DNA of 61,384 nt, counting the filler, from Platydemus manokwari (Eukaryota), in the NCBI GenBank assembly GCA_037951405.1. It is 6 parts of 6 records of this genome, joined end to end, with 100 filler letters (N's around TTAATTAATTAA, not from the genome) between each part and the next. Parts side by side here need not be neighbours in the genome. Positions count along the whole stretch, not along the records: positions 1 to 9,832 come from JBBMOY011199543.1; positions 9,933 to 20,199 come from JBBMOY011151660.1; 4 more parts are not named here. One strand, written 5' to 3'. A model generated the notes under the pieces. It searched no databases and was not told the DNA's origin. It saw only the letters and a list, made by a program, of their open reading frames with translations. Positions within the stretch are counted from its first letter, which is position 1, and every line of letters begins with the position of its first letter. Position numbers and translations under genes: made by a program. Positions 1-14,700 of this stretch are shown in pieces.

Positions 1-559
1 GTTAGGTTTAAAGAAGTTTATTGCTCAAAAGTTAATTTTAATTTCAATCTAACTTTAAATATGGATATAAAATTGTGATAAAAGTTAGTATATTAAAATT
101 ATAAATAATTTGATAACTCAATAAAATATAATTGATTATTGAAACTGATTAACAATAATGAATCAAATTAAGGTACAATATTCTGTTGACAAAAAATTAC
201 TAAAAACAATACAAAAATTAATGATAGCATTTAATATAATCAGATAACTAGAATTTTATTTTGTTATTAATTATATCATAACGGATTTGATTCGGCTAGT
301 AAAATGAGGTTTATGTATTGTTCTAAAGTCTCTTAAGAAAATTTTCACGGGAACCCTATATTTGGTCAAAACTTTAAAGGTGACTAGATCTAAAGTCGTC
401 GTTGTCATGAAATGTCGATGATTTTGTGAAATTTTTGCTTTGATTTATTTTTTGGTTGGATAATTATCTTTTATTTTGCCTTTCATTATTCATTTAACCT
501 ATTTTAGATTATAAGCGTTTTATACGAATCATCATACACTTTTAAAATAATTTTATTAT

Positions 560-950
560 TAAAGTAGGATTTAGTACCCAGTAATATGTAAAAGACTACA
601 ATAAAGGTACAAACATAATCATCACCATGAGATATGGATGGAAGTAAAAACATTTTTACGTGTCTACTTTAGAATTTGAATACTTGTGTAAGGAATAGAC
701 TAAAATTAAAAGGCAATGTTTTATTTTTGGACCCTTCGTTTTAAAAGAATACATTTTATTGGATCATACATTTACAAGTGCTTACACATTTGTAACCACA
801 CAAAAAAATTAAATTACAAAACTAAAAAATAGGAATTATCCAATCAGAATAATAAAATAATTACCACTTTGATTGATAAGTTTGGAACACCTAAAACTAT
901 ATGCACCAGAATATATTTTCAGTGGGCTAATGAGGACTATTTGTAGAGAT
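560..950 (+). mobile_element. Highly decayed Gypsy-type integrase fragment
   Basis: Short residual motif DKFGTPKTIC (~875-905) resembles the integrase core FGxPxxI motif; surrounding frames are broken by stops. Confidence 0.3.
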
Positions 951-2249
951 TTTTGTTTGAAATATTATACTACTTTCAATCAATAGTGCATTCAGTTGTA
1001 AATATTAGTTCTTGACTAGTAAAATTATTAGTACCATTAATTCTTAGTATCGTGCAGCTACGATTAGTCGTTTCCAAATTCTGTTACATTTTGGTAACCC
1101 TTATAATTATCTAGAACTTGTGTTACTGAATTATTAATTACTTTTCTGTTGTTTAGAGCTTGTGCTTGTGTTCTCAATAAAATTAAAATAAGAATAAAGA
1201 CAGCGTGTTTGCAAATATAAATGTTGAGTTGTGGATGTTAACTTTGAAACTCAATGGAGTGAGTTCTATTATGATGTGTGTAATGAATCAGATTTGGGTT
1301 TATTCAAATAAACAAACAACACAAATATTAATTATTAACTGCATCGATTAAATAGATGTAAATTTAAATTTAAATTTTATACGATTTTAACTCAATCAAT
1401 GTAAGTTTGAAACAAATAAGTATGGTTATTTTGCCCGGATTGGAAGAATGCGTTATTCATCTTAATAAATTTGATTATAAATTTAAAATATTATTATTTA
1501 GGATCCAAAAGAATATGATTATTTCGGCCTATTAATTAAGCGGTTTTTTAAAAACAATAAATTTACTATATTATTTTTGTCAATAGATTATTAGTTATAA
1601 AATGATTTGTTTTATTTATGACTTTCGCTTTGGCAATAGATTATTAAGGACAAGATTTTATTTTTTCGCTACGATGCGATTTTTTGAACTCTTCGTTATC
1701 GAATTATTGTGAGAGCAGTTTGTGTTGAAAATTCATAGTCTTATATACTCACTGATGTTAAGAATTTTGAACCTAGGGTTTTTCCACCACCCTCACGAAA
1801 TTTTATCACCTTTAATATACTGGACCTTAATAGTTTATGCTTTATTGAAAGCCCATTGACATAAATTCTTAAAGTTGGAAACTTCTTAAATTTACTGACA
1901 TTGTAAATTTTATTCAAATAATTTTTTCCTTTTTATATTCTATTTTGTCTTCATTAATCAAATTTCTATAAATAATAATATTTATTGTTATTATTATTTT
2001 ATGTTTTTTCATTTTTCGCAAATATTTCAATTATTCTATACAAATGATAAATGGCATTAATAAATTACAGTTACTTTGTACAAAAATTAAAATCTTAAAT
2101 CAAAATCAGAATCAAATTAATGATCATGAAGGATTAAGTCATTATCATGTTAAGAAAGGATCATGGATGTTTAAATTTTAAATGTATTTTGAATTGATTT
2201 GTGACTCTAGGATAAATTCGAAGATTTGTTCTATCTTGACTTCAGACAT

Positions 2250-2550
2250 CTTAATATACATCCCCAGGTCTTCTTACCCCAGGTCTTTTCCTTCACTTCC
2301 AAAATCTTTTTTAAGCTGGTCCATTGCTGTCAAGTATTATGGCGCTGAATTTTATTTTTTTAGTCCTTATCCATCAGACCATAATTCCTTGTCGTGGCCT
2401 GATATCTTGTCGTAGATTCGGTACTTTTATTTCCGCGCACCTTATGAGCTAACGATGTTGGGTATTTTTTGTTCAATCTCAGTTTCTTCACGTCTGAGTA
2501 TAGCACCAGCTTGATTATATTTTTCCAACACATACACTCTCAAAACAATT
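2250..2550 (-). mobile_element. Decayed Gypsy pol (RNase H) fragment
   Basis: Minus-strand translation gives QAGAILR...KYRIYDK...HDKELW, resembling LTR-retrotransposon RNase H motifs GxGAvL and NYxiyDKELL; frameshifted. Confidence 0.4.
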
Positions 2551-5500
2551 GATTTTGAACTTTAATAGTAATGAAATTTTGGTTTTAAATCTTAATTTAT
2601 GTTGTAATGGACTTTTTACTATTGCCAATTTCGACTTTATAAATGCTTTATTTGTATAAATATTTTTATAAAGTCTAAAACAGTTATGATATGGAAACTA
2701 ACTACCCGTTATATTCGATCTATTATTCTCGAATAGTCACAAAAATACCTGCAGGATGTCCTTAGAAAATCAATGGAAATAAAATTATTTGGAGCAATTA
2801 ATAAGTCATGAAGGCCTTTGTAACCGTTGCGATAAATAGGCTTATAAACATCACAAGCCTGGCTAAAATTCAAAATCACTAGCTGATGTTAGAACAACTG
2901 TATCCTATTCATATCAAGTTGAGGATCTGTCTTCTAGCAAATATTTTCCCAGTACATTTTGTGTTGTAGCCTCTTATATGACTTTAATCATTTTACTGTA
3001 CGATCAATAATTTATGAAATTATTATATTTTAATAATATTTTAATAATGTATTTTGTATGTAAAGAAAGCACAGTGAAGGATTCAACATTGAGAAATAAT
3101 TATCGACATTGAGAAATCATTAATCAATAAAAAGAAAATATAAATTGCATCAATATTTTATTCTAATTCAACATTACACCATTTGTTTTTTTAATAATAA
3201 AACAAATCTTATTTTTTTATCTAACTGTAAAAATAAATAAATATACAAGAGATAAAAGGTTATTATTTATTATCGATAAGCATGAAATAATTATCATAAT
3301 TATCTGAAATAATTCCGGAATAATAAATGACGAGAAAAGACAAATCACGTGGGCTTAATAATAAATAATTCATGTGGGTGTTAAGACGCAATCATCACAG
3401 TAGACTATAAATACTGCGCTAAGGGTTAATCAAAACACACTAATAGATAACCAGACGACGAGTGGAAACCAACGGAACAATCGACAGATCATTTACGGAG
3501 ATAGATTAACTTTTGGCGAAATGTGGACAAACACGTTTTCGCAGATCTACGAAATTATTCTGGACTCGAAAGACATGGCAATCAATAAAATATTAACAAA
3601 CAAACATGAATATTAATAATAAATAATAAAATTAAAAAGAGAATTTTAGAAATAAAAGTAAGATAATAATTATCAATAACAAGATATATTTTAATAATAA
3701 TCAATAATAGACGTACAAAAAAACATCCATGGAATGTAAGAAAATAATATAAATAGTAAATGAATTTAGCCCAAAGCATTCTTACGATAAATAAAGTTAA
3801 AGAATCACTTGCATTATCTCACGCCAAAAATAGGGGTATAAATACCCCATAGTTATTACTGAAGTCCCCAACGAGCCAGAGTTAAATAACAATCAATATC
3901 AACCACAAACTAATTAATATGTTGAGTTAATTAATAGCTATTTTCAAATAATGAATTTTCAAGTGAATAAATTAAATTTGATAAATTAAATAATTTGATA
4001 AAAAGCACATCCGTGAAAAGTAAAATTGAAAATACACACACGCATATATATACATATATATGATAGGATAATTTACAAAAGATCTTGATTTTAAAGTGTA
4101 CAATTTGAAATACACTAATCATATATTTAAAATTGATTATTGATAAAATTTTATCCAAATAGAAATTTTCAAAATTCTTTTCATTTGAATACGATAATGT
4201 GATAGGCTGATAAAATATTACATAATTGTTGACAGAATAAAATTGTTCAAATCTAAATTAATTATTAGTTTAATAGAAAAGTTAACTGAGAATTTCATGA
4301 AACTGAAAAACAGTACTAGCAAAAAAAATTAAACTAAATCGATAAAACACATCAGAATACATTGATTAAATTGATTAAGTTGTACATTAATAAAATGTAT
4401 TCGTTACGCTTGTTATTCTATTAAAGAGGAAAACTAAGATTTATTAGACATAAACATAACAGTCTTCACGATGGGGTGGCACAAGTCTTCACTTTGACTT
4501 TTAAACTGAATTCTTAAGATGGATATTTCTGATATTCTGATTGGAATGTAAGCGAACTGTGATCTATAGAACGATCTCTAAGGAAAGACCTTTGTGCATC
4601 CCATACTTTAATGTATGGATATATCGATTATCAATGTTTATGAATAAATATTCATGTATATGTGTATCTATATTTAAATAGATCAATAGGTAGAGAAAAT
4701 CAAAAATTGAAATTATTAAATTTGCTGTTATGAAATTAGAATGCCGATGCAAGTTGTACAAATTGCCAAATGATAAGCATTATTGAATGTAGCTAGAATA
4801 TCTGTGTCCAAATGAGTGATTTAATTAAATTGTGAATTCGAGATCCTATCCGATAATGGTTAGTAATGGGGACAATAAAATCAATATTTCGGTGGATTAT
4901 TCATTAGAATATCTAAAGGTTGGATCAGGTAATCCTGTAGACAATTACATCAATCAACTTAAAATTCTACTGCTATTTCATCAAATACGAATTTTGAAAT
5001 TACTGCATCTCTGCGTAGTAATATGTTCTTATTGTGTAATTCCAATTTTTTAAAATCTTCAAAATGAATACCCTAAGAATTAACTTTGATTTGCAACTCT
5101 GATCTTCAATTTTAGGCCAATCTTTTCACTCAGCCTCTTCTTTCTCAGCTTGAATTATTTTAATAAGAATAATATTTTTGAATTAATATTTACCATATTT
5201 TTCAAATAGAAATTAAACATATAAGATGGTGTTTCTGGACTTAATGATGACAAATGATGTAGATCATGATAAGCCAGTTAGTATGACAACTCGTGAGCTG
5301 TTGTGACTGCTGTATTGACTGTGGTATTTATCTTTTTATTTTTCTTTTTTGTTTGTGTTTACAAAAACAATTTTCCATTACTATTATTGATTTTAAATTT
5401 GAATAAATATAAACATTCGACACAAGACATGGTGCTCTTAAGAGTTTAATTTTATTATTACATAATTTATTTTATTTTAAAATGTTGTTTGTTTTTCAAT

Positions 5501-8500
5501 ATATTTTTTAAGCAAATTTCGGTAACTCGAAGAGCTTCGTGATTTCAATTTACATTTCCTGGTGCATTATCTCTTGAAATTGATATCAATTGAGTAATTA
5601 GAATTCTCGATTAGGTTCCTAGACCTATTTACTCGTTAAAGATACCAAAAAATACAAAATATCTTTATTTGTCTGGAATCCAACAGATAAAGGTTCCTGC
5701 TGCAAGTGAGTCCCGAAATAATATAATCAGATAATATTTAAAATATAAATACCAATTATAAAATACGACAAAGGAAAATAATAAAATATATCTGACTAAT
5801 TGAGATAATTTTATAACTAAATGATAATATATAATTTTATTGTATAAGTACAATATAATCAAGGGAAAAGTAAAGGCGAACCAAGTAGGTGCTCGTAAAA
5901 TTCTTTCTATAAAAAGAACAGTGGGAAACCAAGTATTAGCTTCTTATAAGATTTTTAAAGACCACATAACTAAAATTATCCGTAGACCTACAGTTAATTA
6001 CAAAGACAAAATTTTATGGAACTGTAGAAATCTTCAAAATGATTTTAATAATAAATGAAATTTACGCTGAAACAGATAAGGAAATAATAATTAAATAATA
6101 ATGTGCTGATTTATCGGAATACATTTGCATAAAATATTGTGGGATCAGATTTGTGTTTAGAGTGACATTTATTTCATGTGTGTCTTTTTCATATGACATG
6201 TCCCTGATTTGAGTAATATTCTTTGCTTATTACCCTCACTATTTTTGGCGTCTCTGATGTATTAGTTACTGTTTTTAGTAAACACCATCATTTATAGTAT
6301 CTTCTATCGTTATTTCATTTTTGGATAAGACATAATTTCTATTAATAGATTTTAATTAAATTTCGCTGTGACCTTGGTAAAAGTGAAACAGTTGATGCAT
6401 TTAAGCAAAGTTGTAAAAAATTTATGTATATTTTTGTTCAAAATATAATTATACAAAATTTTTTAATACCATTATTTGTGACTATTTATTTCCTCAGATC
6501 ACTTGGTTGGTTCCCATAATTATTTAACAAGCGGGATTGTATGAAGTTTATAAGGCAATTTCATTTTCATAAATTTTTATTCAAAGTTGGTAGTGAAAAA
6601 ATTACTTTATATTAATTGTGAAAAATGAACAAAATTTGTTGCTATTCAAACCGACTTCTGAATTTATAAATATTGGCGTGACTGATAGAAAATTTAATTT
6701 ATTACCGGTAGAAATTGAAACAAGATAGTAAATGAACTTAAGATCAGTTGAGTTTTTGTTAAAACAAAAAGTCCCAAATACCAAGTCTCTCTCTCCTTCT
6801 ATATGTATTTATTCATATCAGCATAAAAAAATGTCAGTGATCAAATATCACGAAATATATAACTATTTTAATCATGCAGTAATAAATTTTCATATATTTC
6901 AATTATCAAATATAAAATTATCACATTAGAAATATAAAAATACAATATAAAAGTATACTCGTGTTTGAAAATGAAATATCATTGTTAATATTAATTTCAC
7001 AAATGAGAGTCACGCTTAATTTGATTGTGTTTGAATCTGAATTTAACTGGATTGCCATGTGTTGATGAATTGTTTACTGATGAATTTGGAGAAGAATTTA
7101 GGCATCTAAGCCTTTACCAACACATTTCTTATTTCTCATAATTTTTAGGATTATCTTATGATGCCAATAAATGACATGGTAGATTTAAGACTAATTCTCA
7201 AATAAACCTTAATAAATATTAATAATTTTTGGACTCTAAACTGCAAAATTTAAAGTTTTAACTTTAAATTCTTTAGATCCGTTACTTTAACAATCGCACT
7301 TAAAATAAATTTGTAAACAAAAATCTTAGTTGACTACAAATAAAAAATCTATAGGTTGATTAAAGAATTGTCAAAAACTACACTACAGAAAGTATTAAAA
7401 TAGAGCCAATTCAGTCAAATTTTGACCACATTATTTCCTAGAAGAATAGTTAAATGACTAATTGTTAATTAGACGGTCGACGTTTAAATTATAGAAATCT
7501 AGTTAAATTTAAGGGTAGATAAATTGTGACAAAAGAGTTAATTTCGAGAAAAGTTGTAGTCGTTATTGACAAATTTCAGTAGCGACATATTATTGATGTA
7601 GTATAGTCTAAATGTTAATTCTCAATGATACCTAATTTATAAATATTGATACTTTATTATAAAAATCTGCTGTAGGCGTTGTAAAGTGCAAATAAAGTTA
7701 AAATCAAATTATAAACGAAAGTTGGCTAAAGAGTTTCAGAACTAAAGAATTATTAGAATTTGACAAAACCCAACATGTGTAATCAATTTGGTCACATAAT
7801 TTATCTTTGGTTTTTAGGTGCGACTAGCTTGACATAAGTGTGCATTGCCAATTGTAAACTTCTTTAAAATCCTTCTTCATTCAATTAAAGTTTATTGAAG
7901 CACACAGTCAAACTAAGTCAAAAGTCCATGGATGACATTAGTAATCGAAAAAGATATTTGGAATATATATTAGCTTTTACTGTTAAGAAATGATTCCTTT
8001 GTGGCGCATATGTTGATCAAATAATACCTTAGTGATTATTTTAAAGAATATATTTACATTAAGAAAAATAAATGATCAATTTAATTTATTTGAATACCTT
8101 TCATTAACTATACTTTTGTGGTTTAAGGTTTTTATATTCGTTTTCATTATGTATTTAATAATAAATAACAAATTTACTATAAGAAATTACATGATTTTAA
8201 TAATGATTATTGTTTTACAAAATATTATTTTATATTTATGAATATAAAATATTATATCTATTAAACATGTTCATGCTTTTATCATCAATCATTCATTTAA
8301 CGTATCTTTATCCTCCTGTTAAATTTCATCATATGTAATTTAAACTAAATGAAAAACTTAAACTATAAAATATAGAAATTTAGGTCTCAATTCTATCAAA
8401 AAATCTTGAAAATATTTTAAAAATTAGTTATTTGGACTTATAATTTCGAATTTTTAATTTTTTAGACAAACATTTGTTTAAATATTATTTGATTTTATTA

Positions 8501-8581
8501 ATGTTAACTTATTTAATTTTGTGTAATATTTGATTTTTGTATAGCTTATTTTCTTTTTAAAATTTTAGTTTTACCTCCAAC

Positions 8582-9615
8582 ATGATTCGTAGGAAAATCA
8601 AAAATGTCGTCAAGAACTTTTCAGAAATCGAAATTCTTGTTCGTGAAGCGACCTCCAATGAATCATGGGGTCCAAGTAATAGTATTTTAGTAAAAATTGC
8701 AGTGTTATCGTCCACGGATGCAAACATAATACAAATTATGCCAATTGTTTGGAAAAGATTAAAAGATACAGGCAAGAAATGGCGTCATGTTTACAAATCA
8801 TTGATTTTAATGGAATTCTTGATAACCCGTGGAAATCCCGCAATAGCTGATAATTGTCGTCAGAATATTCATTTCTTACAAACCCTTGAACAATTTACTT
8901 ACGAGGAGAATAACGTTGATGTCGGAAGTAGGATTAGAAAACGAGCGGAAACTTTAGTGCGTTTGCTGAAAGATAATGATCTCCTCAGAAGTGAAAGAAA
9001 TAAAGCTGCAATAACGGATTTAAGATTTTCCAAAGCAATAGTTTCACAAGGCTCAAACGTTCCTATAAAGTATGGCAATGGAGTTGGTTCTCTTAGTCAG
9101 GGCCCATCAACGGGTAGTTTTAGTAGTAATAATGACAACAATAAAGGTAACATAAAATAATTTTTAATCAATTAATATTACCGTAAATATTTTGCACTTT
9201 AATTGAATTTGGATATTGTTTGTGAATATTAATTATTAACAATCGATAATTAAGTGATTTCCGGAAACGATTTGATGCACATTATTTGTTAGCATCGATA
9301 TGTTTATGGGAGTTTTGATGTATACAATGTGATGTGTTGATGATTTCATTTCGATTATTTCATTCTGTAGAATTCATTAAAGCCGATTATGTGGTGCCGT
9401 CGAATTTATTGGAAGAAGATATGCAATTGCAAATCGCGTTGGCCGAAAGCAAAGAAGATGCCGAAAGACAGAAACAGATAGAGGAAATTGATGAATTAAC
9501 AGATAAATTTAAATTATCCTTAGCCGTTCAGAAAAATTTGCAAGAAGTAAGACTAAAATTTGAAAAAGAAAAAAGAAAATTATCAAAAAATTGCAGAAAA
9601 CCAAATTCTAATTAA
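8582..9615 (+). CDS. EPN: Epsin-family protein (ENTH domain + ubiquitin-interacting motifs), possibly 3'-incomplete
   Basis: Exon 1 8582-9146 encodes an ENTH domain (RRKIKNVVKNFSEIEILVREATSNESWGPS...WKRLKDTGKKWRHVYKSLILMEFLITRG...DVGSRIRKRA). A phase-1 GT-AG intron spans 9147-9370. Exon 2 from 9371 encodes UIM-like EEDMQLQIALAESKEDAE and a second weaker UIM. The stop at 9615 may be intronic because a good donor (GAA|GTAAGA, 9547) precedes it and the contig ends at 9832. Confidence 0.9.
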
Positions 9616-9832
9616 ATTTTAAAAGTTGTATTTATAAAATTTAATTAGTTAAATTATGCAATTATCATAATTTTTTTTATTAATTAAAAATTATTTAATT
9701 AATTTAATTTAGATTTGTGTTTTGCACATTAAATAATTAATTTTATTAATTCATTATTATTCATTGAATATTAAATATATCAAAGGAATTTATTCAAATC
9801 GTTTGATTGAATAATCAAGTTATTTATAGCGT

Positions 9833-9932
9833 NNNNNNNNNNNNNNNNNNNNNNNNNNNNNNNNNNNNNNNNNNNNTTAATTAATTAANNNNNNNNNNNN
9901 NNNNNNNNNNNNNNNNNNNNNNNNNNNNNNNN
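9833..9932. other. Artificial contig spacer N44-TTAATTAATTAA-N44
   Basis: Identical 100-nt spacer at five positions; the 12-mer puts stops in all six frames. Confidence 0.97.
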
Positions 9933-10137
9933 CATGTGTCTCACTAATTTTAGTTAACCATATTTAAAAATACTGTTTGTCCTATGTAACCAATCAGTTA
10001 TTCTATATAATTAAACTTGTACATCATTTTGTTAGTAATATTTAAAGGTCGCTTTATTATCAATTTAATTTCCATTTTGAATAAAATTTCAGATACCATA
10101 TTATTCGAAATAAAATTTTCTGTCGATAAATTGTGCA

Positions 10138-11198
10138 ATGATTTCAAGTAAGATTTAAATCAATTTATTATTATTTCTATAATTAAATTCAATAATAAGA
10201 ATAATTTGCCAAGATAAAATCTATTTTTATTTTTATTGCATATTCAGAAAAATTAATTGTCAAATCCAGCTCAAAATATATCGAATGTAAATATGAAATT
10301 CAAAATGAAATTGGTCAAGGTGGTTTTGGAAAAGTATTTAAAGCAACTAAAAAGAGAAATGGAAAACCAGTGGCTTTGAAATTTGTAATGAAAGATAAAA
10401 TATCTGAATATTGCTTACATGAAGTAAAATTGTTATTCTAATTGTTTTAATGACATCAATATCAATGTTTAGAAAACTAATCAAAAAATTCCAATAGAGA
10501 TTGCATTATTGGCACAATGTCAAGGAATACCTGGAGTGATTAAATTACTAGAAGTAGTTGAACTTGACGAATATAATGCTTGGTGTATTATTATGGAACG
10601 CAATCCAAATTCCATTGATTTATTTGATTTTATCACAAGAAATGTGAAAATTCCAGAAGATATTGCAGTTTTGATTTTAAATCAACTTCTTCATACTCTT
10701 ATTGGCTGTCACAAAGCTGGTGTTGTTCATAGAGATATCAAAGATGAAAATATACTTATCGATATCGACACAAAAGAAATAAAATTAATTGATTTCGGGT
10801 CAGGTCATTACTATCATGAAGGAGAATATTTTGATTTTAATGGTATAATTTATTCAATTCAATTCAAATATATTTCAGTTTTTTTTTAAAAATTTTAATC
10901 AGGTACATCAATTTATAGCCCACCAGAATGGATCGAAAGTAAACATTATTTTGTCAAACAACTAGAAACTTGGGAAATAGGAGCTTTATTATTCAATATG
11001 ATTACTGGAGATATTCCCTTTAAAACATGCAAAGAAATACTCAAAGAACCTATTTTATTCGATTCAACATCTGTAGAATGTCAAGATCTGATTCTATCAT
11101 GTCTGTGTAGAGATAGACAAAAACGATTGGAATTAGATAAAATTCTAAGTCATAAGTTATTCCAAAAATATCATTTATCTATTGGAATCGAAATATGA
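10138..11198 (+). CDS. PIM: PIM-family serine/threonine protein kinase (4 exons)
   Basis: Exons 10138-10147, 10248-10423, 10473-10842 and 10903-11198 are all GT-AG and phase-compatible. Motifs: IGQGGFGKV, VALK, IPIEIALL, DLFDFIT, GVVHRDIKDENIL, KLIDFGSG, DFNGTSIYSPPEWI, MITGDIPF. HRDIKDEN, DLFDFIT and YSPPEWI are PIM hallmarks. AATAAA lies ~50 nt after the stop. Confidence 0.92.
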
Positions 11199-11763
11199 CT
11201 AGAAAATCGTAGTCATAACAACTGTTTTGTTGTAAATATTTTTGAGAATAAAAATGTATTTGTAAATATATTCGAATATATTTCTAATTATCATTATATA
11301 TTATCATAACTGATAAAATTGACAAATCTAACTCAATCAATAAAATTCAAATAATCAAATAAAAAAACAATAAAAATCTGACATGCATTTATTTGCAGTA
11401 ACAATTATTATATAGTTGCATACAATCGATACTAAATAAATTGTCTGAACTTATCTCATTGTACAAGATAATATCAAACAAATCTTCAATGTTGATTGTC
11501 TTATAAAACATTATAGTAACTCTTTAAATAAAATATGTTCTAAGAAATTGTAATCAATAAATGGTATCAATATGATCTGTACATTGCTATCACAATTCCT
11601 CTTTTACACAATTCAAAACCTAGTAACTTAAAAATGTCGAAAATACTTCAGTTTTATAGCGGCACTTTGAAGTATAAGAAAATAAATTTCAGTCAATAAT
11701 TCAAAGAGAAATAGATATATAAGGTATAGAGTTCCGGAAAATAATTGCCTCGGTTTAAAATTT

Positions 11764-14700
11764 CTACATGGACATTGGAGAGAACGGGGGACTGCCAACA
11801 GTTCCACCAGTGTGCCTTGTTCGTCTGGTGCGATTACGAATTATTTGAAGCATTATAAGTTTTCGTAAACCCATTCTTTCACCAAGAGCCACTATGGCTT
11901 TTTTGTCGTTGGTTAATTTAACATTAAGTATCTCTATATTGGATGTAAACCAACACATTTGGGAACCACTTTCTAAATTCCAAACTCTCATCGATCCATC
12001 CCAACTTCCAGATACAATAATTTCATTGTCCAATGATATGACAGCACTTAGAACCTGAAAATATATTTTTTCGATTAAAATTAATAACAACAACAATTAA
12101 TAATAGTCTCGAGACGCATAAATTTTATTTCATCTCTTATTGAAAGTGATTATTATTAATTAATAATTATAATTATTTAATAATAATATAATTAACAATA
12201 TAATAATATCTTACATTAAAGACCCTGGTTGAATTCATTGAATAATTTATTATTGTTAATCATTAACAAATATTTATATTAATATTAACTTTGATTTTCA
12301 ATTAATCAATATTTTTCAATGTTTATCTTATTTTGTTTCATTTTCATATTTTATTACTATCATATAATTATTTATTCAAACCATATTTACTTACAAACAA
12401 ATTCAATCATTCAAATTCTATGAATTTCATTTCTAAATTTGATTTCTCTATTTGGATATATAGATTGATAAATTTGTTTTGCATTGATATTGTTTTAATT
12501 TTTTAATCAAATTGTTATTTGCAGAAAATATTAAAACTATCTACATAATTCATTGAAAACACGTGTACTCTGAAAAATATTGAAAATGCTTAAAATAGAA
12601 AATATAGAAAATTGCTCATTGCTTGTTGAAACAATGATTTGATTTTTTAATATCACAAATCAAACATCATAATTTCAGGTTTTTAATTTTGTCAATTTTA
12701 ATTTATTTTAAATTAGCTAGGTAAAAGAAAATAATCAATTTTAAATACAGGATGGTTTTTGAAATGGTCCTGATGATAATTGATTATCATCATTATTAAC
12801 TATCAAACTTATCCGCATTATTAGTCATAGCATAAACAGTAATGGTGATGAACTTTGAAATTATGTCAAAATATTGAATATCTTATGTAATTATTGACAA
12901 AATCATTTATATATATACATCATCTGCATGGCCTTCAAGACTGTGCATCAATCTCTCGTCAGCCATTGTGTAGACATTTACTGTTTGGTCTGCGCTGCCT
13001 GTCACTAAATATTCTCCATTCTTTGAAATAGCAATGCAATTGATTGCATCCTTATGGGGAGTCAATTTTGTTTGTGTATTACCTTCCAATGTAGCATGAA
13101 TTAATATTTGACGAACTGGTTTTGCAGTACGTAGATTCCAGATTATAAGTTCACCTTTTTTGGTTCCTAAATTTGTATCAAATTTTATCCATATATTTAA
13201 ATATTTTTTTAATTTACCAGTTATTGCCTCATCAGTACCAATAATTTCAGTAGCAACCACTTTAGCGTTAAATGTAGCCAATAATGGTTGAACTATCACT
13301 CCATTAGGATAGGAGGCCATGAGATCAAATACCATGTAATGTGCTTGATCATCAACTCCAGTGAAACCAGCAACAACCATTCTATCATTATGGGAAATTT
13401 TGAGAAACGTAATACCCTCGTGATTCATGAAATCTGGTGGTTGATAATAAATTTCTTTTACCGGTTGATTGGCTTGTAAGTCCCAACATACTATTGACAT
13501 ACCACCATCATGGGATTCGCGATTGATGATCATATGATCAGAAGAATTAGTGATACATGATGCTGAACACATTATATCTAATGGCATGGCAATTTGTGCA
13601 CCAGTTACAAAATCCCACATCTAATAAAAATCAAATCAACACCGGCATTAATATTATTTTTTAAATAAATTAGAATTAAACATAGAATTAAAATTAACTT
13701 TCAAATTAAGGCCAAATTAAATTTAGAAAAAGACATTGTTGGATTATGCTCTATAACAAAATGAGGAAGTGGATTAACAAAAAAGAACTATTCCATAATT
13801 TACAGAAGGATATAAGTTCAACAAAAGAAAGCAATCTTTCATATAAGTTTTCTTGACATTGATGAAGCTTTTCCATCTGGAGCATCAAAGCTATCTTTGG
13901 GGATTTGAAAAGATTGTGTGCATCTGAGGAAGTCAAAACAATAATATACAGAAAATAGAGTAATAGTAATAACTCCTTAAGAATCCAGTAAATATGTAGG
14001 GATGTCTCTTATTAATGCTATTATTTAACATTGTAAATAATCCACTGATAATTAAAATGGATCTTTGTCCAACTGGAGAATTAATGCTGGAAAACTACAA
14101 AATTTGATGTCTAGCATATATGCATGATATTGCAGTTGTCGCTAAAGAATGGTGTTCAGGAACAAGTAGACAGTGCATGCATATTAGTGGAATAATTAGG
14201 ACTTATGCTCAAGCTATCCGCATCTCCTAATCTATTGAAAAAAAGTATGCACAAAAGTTTAAGATGAACAGAAAGACTATAGGAATAGAAAATTGAATAC
14301 TGAGAGATAACATTTCGCTAAATTTTCACAGTTCAGTTGAAAATCTATTCTGCGATCTAATAGACAACAAAAGATTTGCAAAAAGTTATCCTCCTACCTT
14401 GGTAAAAATCAAATGCTTACAAATGCCTCATTTATAGAAAGGTAGATTTCTTTGTCAGAAAATATACCGAATTTATGTCTCTAAATTTCTCTCAAATCAA
14501 TCATATTCAACTTTGAACAAATGATATGCGAAATAAAGAAGATCCATTGTACGTAAATTTGTGTTCCCACAAATAGGGATGATAAAATTAAAGAAACAGT
14601 TTTAGTATCTTAAAAAACAAACCACCAAAGATTCAAGAAAAGGCATTAAATTGCCTAAATTCTCATATTAAAGGAACAAAAAGAAATAGAAATTGATGTG

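Noticed and set aside
7078-7110. Other CUGANGA heptamers (7078, ~12770, ~31357, ~57735) as hammerhead cores
   Set aside because: None has a stem II followed by GAAA plus a matching stem III.
7469-7480. TTAGACGGTC resembles the start of a planarian spliced-leader sequence as I recall it
   Set aside because: Similarity ends after ~10 nt; no leader-ending ATG|GT or Sm site follows.
8557-8775. Antisense or alternate-frame ORFs over real exons (also 13288-13479, 16239-16517, 18489-18689, 39259-39507)
   Set aside because: Shadows of coding sequence on the other strand; no motifs.
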